From Occultella glacieicola (lineage in GTDB: Bacteria; Actinomycetota; Actinomycetes; Actinomycetales; Beutenbergiaceae), in the NCBI RefSeq assembly GCF_004353825.1, contig NZ_SMNA01000006.1:248001-312000 (forward strand): DNA of 64,000 nt. Reading direction: 5' to 3'. The translations under genes and the position numbers were made by a program. The notes beneath the pieces were generated by a model. The model ran no database searches. It was not told the origin of the DNA and saw nothing but the letters and a program-made list of their open reading frames with translations. Each line of letters opens with the position of its first letter. The first letter of the stretch is position 1. Shown one piece after another: positions 57,921 through 64,000 of this stretch.

Positions 57921-59234
57921 GTGGCTCATTCCACCCTGAGCGACGTCACCGCCCGGGTCCAGGAGACGATCGGATCGGACGTGGTCACCCGGATCTTCGC
58001 CGACGCGATGTCCCGCACCCTCCGCGAGGCGTTCGTGCACGAGCCCGGCACGGACGTGTTCGTCCTCACCGGCGACATCCCGGCGATGTGGCTGCGCGAC
58101 TCCGCCGCCCAGGTCCGCCCGTACCTGCCGCTCGCGGCCGAGGACCCGGGCCTCGCGGACGTGCTGGTCTCACTCGTCCGGCGTCAGGTGCGGTCGATCC
58201 TCCTCGACCCGTACGCGAACGCGTTCAACGCCCGACCGGACGGCGCCGGCCACCGCGACGACGACACCGAGATGGACCGTGGCGTGTGGGAGCGCAAGTA
58301 CGAGGTCGACTCGCTCTGCTTCCCGCTGCAGCTGGCCCACCAGGTCTGGCGGTTCACGGGACGCACGGACCACCTGGACACGGAGTTCGCCCGCGCGGCC
58401 GACCTCATCATCGAGACCTGGCGGGTGGAGCAGGACCACGCCGGGCGTTCGCCGTACCGGTTCCAGCGGCACGACGGCCCGGCCTCGGACACCCTGACCC
58501 ACGACGGCCACGGCTCCCCGGTGGGTCGCACGGGGATGACCTGGAGCGCGTTCCGTCCGAGCGACGACGCATGCGAGCTGCACTACAACGTGCCGGGCAA
58601 CCTGTTCGCCGTCCAGGTCCTCGGTCACCTCGCCGAGTTGGCCGTCGCCGTCCTGGACGATCCCGGCCTGGCGGAGCGGGCCCGGGACCTGGCCGTCGAG
58701 CTCGACGCGGGCGTGCACTCGTGGGGCGTGGTCACCCACCCGGTGCACGGCCGGATCTACGCCTACGAGGTCGACGGCCTCGGCGCGACCGTGCTCATGG
58801 ACGACGCGAACATGCCGAGCCTGCTGTCGCTCCCGCTGACCGGCGGCGACGCCGTCGACCCCGACATCTACCGCAACACCCGGGCGTTCGTGCTCTCCCC
58901 CGACAACCCGACCTACATGGCGGGCGCCCACGCCGTCGGACTCGGCAGCCCGCACACCCCGCCTCGCCACATCTGGCCGATCGCCCTCGCCGTCCAGGGC
59001 CTGACCTCTGACGACGACACCGAGAAGCGCCGGATCATCGACCTGCTCACCCGGACCCACGCGGACACGTTCCGCATGCACGAGTCGTTCCACGTCGACG
59101 ACCCGGCGACCTTCACCCGCGAGTGGTTCTCCTGGGCCGACTCGATGTTCTGCGAGCTGGTGCTCGACGTGTGCGGCACCAGTGTCCGATCGGTCCGATC
59201 CACCCTCGACGAAGAGCAGGTGCGTGCCTCATGA
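57921..59234 (+). CDS. GH125 exo-alpha-1,6-mannosidase
   Basis: TGDIPAMWLRDS, DPYANAF, WERKYEVDSL, FRPSDD, MDDANMPSLL, MHESF. Confidence 0.95.
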   Translation: MAHSTLSDVTARVQETIGSDVVTRIFADAMSRTLREAFVHEPGTDVFVLTGDIPAMWLRDSAAQVRPYLPLAAEDPGLADVLVSLVRRQVRSILLDPYANAFNARPDGAGHRDDDTEMDRGVWERKYEVDSLCFPLQLAHQVWRFTGRTDHLDTEFARAADLIIETWRVEQDHAGRSPYRFQRHDGPASDTLTHDGHGSPVGRTGMTWSAFRPSDDACELHYNVPGNLFAVQVLGHLAELAVAVLDDPGLAERARDLAVELDAGVHSWGVVTHPVHGRIYAYEVDGLGATVLMDDANMPSLLSLPLTGGDAVDPDIYRNTRAFVLSPDNPTYMAGAHAVGLGSPHTPPRHIWPIALAVQGLTSDDDTEKRRIIDLLTRTHADTFRMHESFHVDDPATFTREWFSWADSMFCELVLDVCGTSVRSVRSTLDEEQVRAS

Positions 59235-60202
59235 CAACCATTCAACCCACCGCCGTCAGCGCTGACGCGATCGACGTGGCCACCGACCGGGCCACCACCC
59301 CGACCCGGCGCCGTGACCGACACTCGCGCCCGTTCCGCAAGCCGGCGCCCCAGGAGATCTGGGGCTGGATCTTCGTCCTCGTGCCGATGCTCCTGTTCCT
59401 GACGTTCGTCATCATCCCGGTGGTGATGGCGGTCGTACTGAGCTTCACCGACTACGCCGTCATCGGGGACGCCGCCTGGGTCGGTCTGGAGAACTACCAG
59501 CGCATCTTCGCCGACCCGATCTTCCTGCTCGCCCTGCGCAACACCGCCATCTACACGCTGATGTTCGTCCCACTGGGCGTCGCGGTCTCCCTCGGCACGG
59601 CACTCCTGCTGAACCGCAACAGTCGCGCGGTCAACCTGTTCCGGACCTTCTTCTACATCCCGGTGGTCGCTTCCACGGTGGCGACCGCGACGATCTGGTA
59701 CTGGCTGCTGAACCCCCAGTCCGGACTGTTCAACATCGTGCTCGGCTGGTTCGGGATCAACGGCCCGGCCTGGCTGTACGACTCCAAATGGGCGATGACG
59801 GCGATCGTGCTGATGTCCGTCTGGTCCGGCTTCGGCACGAACATGCTGATCTACCTCGGCGGCCTGCAGGGCATCGCCCGCGAGCTCTACGAGGCGGCCC
59901 GGATCGACGGCGCGAACGCCTGGCAGGCGTTCCGCTACATCACCATCCCGGGGCTCTCGCGCACCACGTTCCTGATCTCGACCCTGCTGATCATCGGCGC
60001 GTTCCAGGTGTTCGACCAGGCCTACCTGCTCACGAAGGGCGGACCGGGCAACTCCACCCTGACGGTCGTCTACTACATCTACAACCAGGGCTTCGGCGGT
60101 CTGAAGATGGGCTACGCCTCGGCTCTGTCCTTCGTGCTCTTCCTGATCATCGCCGTGTTCTCCCTGATCAACTTCAAGCTCACGTCCAGGAGCCAGTCAT
60201 GA
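59231..60202 (+). CDS. Carbohydrate ABC transporter permease
   Basis: LYEAARIDGA, FQVFDQ; ATGA overlap. Confidence 0.93.
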   Translation: MTTIQPTAVSADAIDVATDRATTPTRRRDRHSRPFRKPAPQEIWGWIFVLVPMLLFLTFVIIPVVMAVVLSFTDYAVIGDAAWVGLENYQRIFADPIFLLALRNTAIYTLMFVPLGVAVSLGTALLLNRNSRAVNLFRTFFYIPVVASTVATATIWYWLLNPQSGLFNIVLGWFGINGPAWLYDSKWAMTAIVLMSVWSGFGTNMLIYLGGLQGIARELYEAARIDGANAWQAFRYITIPGLSRTTFLISTLLIIGAFQVFDQAYLLTKGGPGNSTLTVVYYIYNQGFGGLKMGYASALSFVLFLIIAVFSLINFKLTSRSQS

Positions 60203-61107
60203 CCGCCGCCGACCCCTACGTCCTGCGCCTCAAGCGCGCCAGCACCCCCCGCCAGAAGGTGGGCACCGGCGTCTGGTACCTCGCGGTGATCGTCATCTCG
60301 ATCACGACCGTCTTCCCACTGATCTGGACGATCGTCACCTCCCTCAAGCCCGAGGGCGAGATCCTGTCCTCGTCGCTACAGATCTGGCCGGACGCACCCA
60401 CGCTCGAGAACTACGTGAAGGCCTGGACCTCGGTGCCGTTCGGGCGGTACTTCTTCAACTCCACGTTCCTGGCCGTGGCCGGCGTCGTGCTGAACATCTT
60501 CTTCGGCTCCCTCGCGGGCTACGCCTTCGCCCGACTCCGGTTCCGGGGCAAGCGGGCGCTGTTCGGCACGCTGCTGTCCTCCCTGATGATCCCCGGGATC
60601 GTCACCATGGTGCCGACCTTCCTGGTGCTGCGCAGGTTCCCGTTCGCCGGTGGGAACGACCTGTTCGGCGAGGGCGGGATGGGGTTCATCAACTCCTACT
60701 GGGCGATCATCCTGCCCGGCGCGGCCGGTGCGTTCGCGGTGTTCTTCATGCGCCAGTTCTTCGCCTCGATGCCGGAGGAGCTGGCCGAGGCGGCCCGGAT
60801 CGACGGCGCCTCGGAGTTCCGGATCTTCGCCCAGATCTACATGCCGCTCGCGAAGGCGGGCGCCGCCGTGCTCGGCATCCTCACGTTCCAGGCGGGCTGG
60901 AACAGCTTCATGTGGCCGCTGATCGTGCTCAGCGACCGCGACATGCTGACCGTCCAGGTGGGCCTGGCCGCCTTCAAGACCGAACACACCACGGACTACG
61001 GCCCGTTGATGGCCGGCACGGTCATCGTGAGCCTGCCGGTCCTGCTGATCTTCGTGCTCGCCCAGCGCTACATCATCGAGGGCGTCGCGCACGTCGGCTC
61101 CAAGTAA
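60199..61107 (+). CDS. Carbohydrate ABC transporter permease
   Basis: LAEAARIDGAS, WNSFMWPL; ATGA overlap. Confidence 0.93.
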   Translation: MTAADPYVLRLKRASTPRQKVGTGVWYLAVIVISITTVFPLIWTIVTSLKPEGEILSSSLQIWPDAPTLENYVKAWTSVPFGRYFFNSTFLAVAGVVLNIFFGSLAGYAFARLRFRGKRALFGTLLSSLMIPGIVTMVPTFLVLRRFPFAGGNDLFGEGGMGFINSYWAIILPGAAGAFAVFFMRQFFASMPEELAEAARIDGASEFRIFAQIYMPLAKAGAAVLGILTFQAGWNSFMWPLIVLSDRDMLTVQVGLAAFKTEHTTDYGPLMAGTVIVSLPVLLIFVLAQRYIIEGVAHVGSK

Positions 61108-61142
61108 CTCCCCCACCCACAACCAGAAGGAGACAGTTCGTC

Positions 61143-62414
61143 ATGTCAACGCAGACACGAACCTCAACGTTCATGAAGATCTCGGCGGGACTCGCGGTCG
61201 GGGCACTCGCCCTGGCCGCCTGCTCCGGCGGAGGCGCCTCCGGCGGCTCCGATGGCGGCGACGGCGGTCAGGAGGTGACCTTCTGGGGCAACTGGACCGG
61301 CGAGCAGGCCACCCAGATCGAGACCCAGGTCGAGGCGTTCAACGCCAGTCAGGACGACTACGTGGTCACGTATCAGCCCCAGGAGGAGGTCGAGGCCAAG
61401 CTCCTGACCGCGATCGCGGGCGGCGGTGTCCCGGACGTGGTGCTCTGGGACCGGTTCCAGACCAGCGTGTATGCCAGCAAGGGCGCCCTGATGTCGCTCG
61501 AGGATCTGATCGCCGAGGACTCGGTGGACACGTCCGTGTTCTACGAGGCCGCGCTGAACGAACTCACCTACGACGGCACCGTGTACGGGCTCCCGCTGAC
61601 CGTGGACAACCGGTCGCTGTTCTACAACGCCGACCTGCTCGCCGAGGTGGGCGTCGAGCCGCCCACGAACTGGGACGAGCTCGCCGACGCAGCCGAAGCG
61701 TTGACCGTGCGCGACGGCGGCGCCCTGGTCCGGTCCGGCTTCGCGCTCTCCGACGTCGGGCTGTTCAGCATGTGGCTCGGCCAGGCCGGCGGCCAGATGG
61801 TCTCCGACGACGGCCAGGCGGCCTTCAACACCCCCGAGGGTCTCGCGGTCCTCGAGGAGTGGGACGACCTCATGAACACCCGCGGCGTGTACGACCTCGG
61901 GTTCGCCGAAGGCACCGACGGCTTCGCGGAGGGCACCGTGGCGATGGCGTACAACGGCCCGTGGACCCTGGCGACCTATGACGCGATCGAGGACCTGAAC
62001 TACGGCATCGTCGCCGCGCCGGCCGGCCCGGACGGCGACCAGGCCTCCGGCCTCGGCGGGTTCGGCATGATCATCCCGGAGGGCGCGCCCAACGCCGAGG
62101 GTGCCTGGGAGTTCATCACCTGGTGGACCACGCAGCCCGAGAACGGCGTCGCCTTCGCCGAGCTCAGCGGGAACATGCCGGCCAATCTCGAGGCCGCAGA
62201 GGACCCGTTCTTCACCGAGAACGAGGCCTACTCCGCGCTCCTGGAGACCATGGCGTTCGCGACCGCACGGCCCACGATCCCCGGCTACTCCGACGCCGAG
62301 GGGCAGGGGCTCATCCCCGAACTGCAGCGCTTCATGGCCGGTGAGATCAGCGCCCAGGAGGCCCTCGACAACGCCGAGGAGTCCTTCAACCGGATCCTGG
62401 CCGAGAACGCCTGA
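61143..62414 (+). CDS. Carbohydrate ABC transporter substrate-binding lipoprotein
   Basis: Lipobox LAAC; LFYNADLL...PPTNWDEL; AAGGAG upstream. Confidence 0.93.
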   Translation: MSTQTRTSTFMKISAGLAVGALALAACSGGGASGGSDGGDGGQEVTFWGNWTGEQATQIETQVEAFNASQDDYVVTYQPQEEVEAKLLTAIAGGGVPDVVLWDRFQTSVYASKGALMSLEDLIAEDSVDTSVFYEAALNELTYDGTVYGLPLTVDNRSLFYNADLLAEVGVEPPTNWDELADAAEALTVRDGGALVRSGFALSDVGLFSMWLGQAGGQMVSDDGQAAFNTPEGLAVLEEWDDLMNTRGVYDLGFAEGTDGFAEGTVAMAYNGPWTLATYDAIEDLNYGIVAAPAGPDGDQASGLGGFGMIIPEGAPNAEGAWEFITWWTTQPENGVAFAELSGNMPANLEAAEDPFFTENEAYSALLETMAFATARPTIPGYSDAEGQGLIPELQRFMAGEISAQEALDNAEESFNRILAENA

Positions 62415-62417
62415 CCG

Positions 62418-63491
62418 ATGACGACCACGGAACGGCCCGACTGGGCCACGCGCGCCGACCTCGCCCACCGCAGCCTGGCGACGCTCTACGGCGCACCCGC
62501 GCCGCAACTGCTGAACAACGCCCATCCCGCGGACGAGAACGCCACGTTCAACTACTGGTGGCTCGCCCACGCGATCGACGTCGCGATCGACGGCTGGGAC
62601 CGCACCGGCGATCCGGCCCACCTGCGCACCGCCGTCGAGATCTTCGAGAACATCGTGGACCGGAACTCCGGGAACCTGTTCAACGACTACTTCGACGACA
62701 TGCTGTGGCTCGGGCTGGCCCTGGAGCGGCTGTCCCGGGCCCCGGGCCACGAGCGGTACCTCGAGCCGGCCGCCGAGATCTGGCAACACTGCCTCGACGA
62801 CGGCTGGAACGAGGTGATGGGCGGCGGGATCGCCTGGCGCAAGAGCCAGACGTACTACAAGAACACCCCGGCGAACGGGCCGTTCATCATCCTCGGTGCC
62901 CGGCTCGCGTCCCGGTTCGAGGGTGACGGCCCCTACCTTCCCTGGGCACGGCGGACCATGGACTGGCTCACCGAGCACCTGGTGCGCTCCGACGGAACCG
63001 TGGAGGACGGCGTCAACCGTACCGACGACGGTCGCATCGACACGGACTGGCGCTACACCTACAACTACGGCCTGTTCATCGGAGCGTGCGTCGAGCTCTT
63101 CGCCCATGACGAGGACCCGGCCCGGTTGGGCCTCGCCGAGCGCAGCGCGCGCCGAGCGGTCGAGCTCCTCGCCACCGACGGGGTGTTCCCCGAGACCGGC
63201 GGCGGTGACGTGGGCCTGTTCAAGGGCATCTTCTACCGCTACCTGGACCAGCTGCTCGTCGTGCGGCCGTCGGCGGACCTGATCGCGTTCGTGCGGTCGG
63301 GCACCGACCGGCTCTGGGACGTGAGCTGGGCCGACCGGGTGGACTCCTCCGACGGCGTCCTCTGGGCCGGCGACGACTGGCGGGTGCCGGCCACGGCTCC
63401 GACGTCGATGTCCACCCAGCTCTCGGCCGTCATGGCGACCGAGATGCGGGCCCGCACCGAAGCACGTGAACTCACCCACGCGCCGCGCTGA
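62418..63491 (+). CDS. GH76 alpha-1,6-mannanase family protein, no signal peptide
   Basis: NYWWLAH, NDYFDDMLW (catalytic DD), GGIAW...KNTPAN, TYNYG, LFKGIFYRY. Confidence 0.92.
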   Translation: MTTTERPDWATRADLAHRSLATLYGAPAPQLLNNAHPADENATFNYWWLAHAIDVAIDGWDRTGDPAHLRTAVEIFENIVDRNSGNLFNDYFDDMLWLGLALERLSRAPGHERYLEPAAEIWQHCLDDGWNEVMGGGIAWRKSQTYYKNTPANGPFIILGARLASRFEGDGPYLPWARRTMDWLTEHLVRSDGTVEDGVNRTDDGRIDTDWRYTYNYGLFIGACVELFAHDEDPARLGLAERSARRAVELLATDGVFPETGGGDVGLFKGIFYRYLDQLLVVRPSADLIAFVRSGTDRLWDVSWADRVDSSDGVLWAGDDWRVPATAPTSMSTQLSAVMATEMRARTEARELTHAPR

Positions 63492-64000
63492 GCAGCCCCG
63501 CCCGGTGCCACCGGCAGAGGCGGCGATCACCCGCCGTCGGGCCCTGGCACTGGGCGGTGCCAGCGCCCTCGGTGCCGCCCTGCTCACCGCCTGCGGACCC
63601 GCGCCGGAACCGCCACCTCGGACCATCAGCGCGATGCCACCGGCGGATCCACGACGTGCCGCACCGTGGCGTGCCGAGGTGGTGCAGGCGGGCCTGGACG
63701 CGTACTTCGGCGCTCCGTCCCCCCAGCTGTTGCACTACGCCCATCCGGTCGACCCGGCGGCGGACGCGCCCTTCCACTACTGGTGGAACGCGCACGCGAT
63801 CGACACCGCCCTGGATGCGGCCGAACGCACCGGGGACCCAGCGGACCTCGACCGGGCGCAGGAGCTGCGCCGGAACCTGACCCTGCGCAACGGCGACGAG
63901 CTGTTCAACGACTTCTTCGACGACATGGGCTGGTTCGCCCTCGCCCTGCTCCGGCTCGCGAACGCCACCGGCGCGGCCGGTGACGAGAGCGCACTCGAGG
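63466..64000 (+). CDS. Second GH76 protein, Tat-type lipoprotein, truncated by the window edge
   Basis: Not in ORF track. Manual translation: ...ITRRRALALGGASALGAALLTAC...FHYWWNAHAID...FNDFFDDMGW. Start is GTG 63466 or 63505. Confidence 0.85.
   Translation, partial: MNSPTRRAEQPRPVPPAEAAITRRRALALGGASALGAALLTACGPAPEPPPRTISAMPPADPRRAAPWRAEVVQAGLDAYFGAPSPQLLHYAHPVDPAADAPFHYWWNAHAIDTALDAAERTGDPADLDRAQELRRNLTLRNGDELFNDFFDDMGWFALALLRLANATGAAGDESALE

Noticed and set aside
61164..63626. 820-aa minus-strand ORF
   Set aside because: Antisense shadow of the SBP and GH76 genes.
1..64000. CRISPR arrays, tRNA/rRNA genes, riboswitches
   Set aside because: No regularly spaced repeats or recognisable RNA motifs in the short intergenic regions; an Rfam/Infernal scan is needed to exclude small RNAs.

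Overview
High-GC actinobacterial chromosome segment; the gene repertoire suggests Micrococcales, which is an inference. About 57 genes or gene remnants were found; no rRNA, tRNA, CRISPR array or transposase was seen. The left edge carries a minus-strand operon of a small membrane protein, an exported vWA protein and a giant tubulin/FtsZ-like GTPase. The GTPase runs off the window and is absent from the supplied ORF track. A membrane-anchored HNH nuclease and a PIN remnant lie divergently beside it. Most of the rest is catabolic loci: (1) GH127 + ABC + LacI; (2) melA + AraC; (3) ppk2, CYTH and MFS; (4) an AsnC-linked operon of D-aminoacylase, RidA, GH89, ABC and oxidoreductase; (5) a 13-kb LacI regulon with four visible operators (shikimate dehydrogenase, enoyl-CoA hydratase, CoA transferase, SDR, amidohydrolase, Gfo/Idh/MocA, TIM-barrel isomerase, Liv-type ABC); (6) GH65; (7) an atypical adenosine-deaminase-family enzyme with a Pot-type ABC; (8) an alpha-1,6-mannan locus (GH125 + ABC + two GH76). 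The 20.5-26.2 kb stretch is a rearranged zone: a duplicated PIG-L/AsnC module with reciprocal decay, an amber-interrupted nucleotidyltransferase and fused regulator fragments. All calls come from manual translation and motif recognition; no database search was run.
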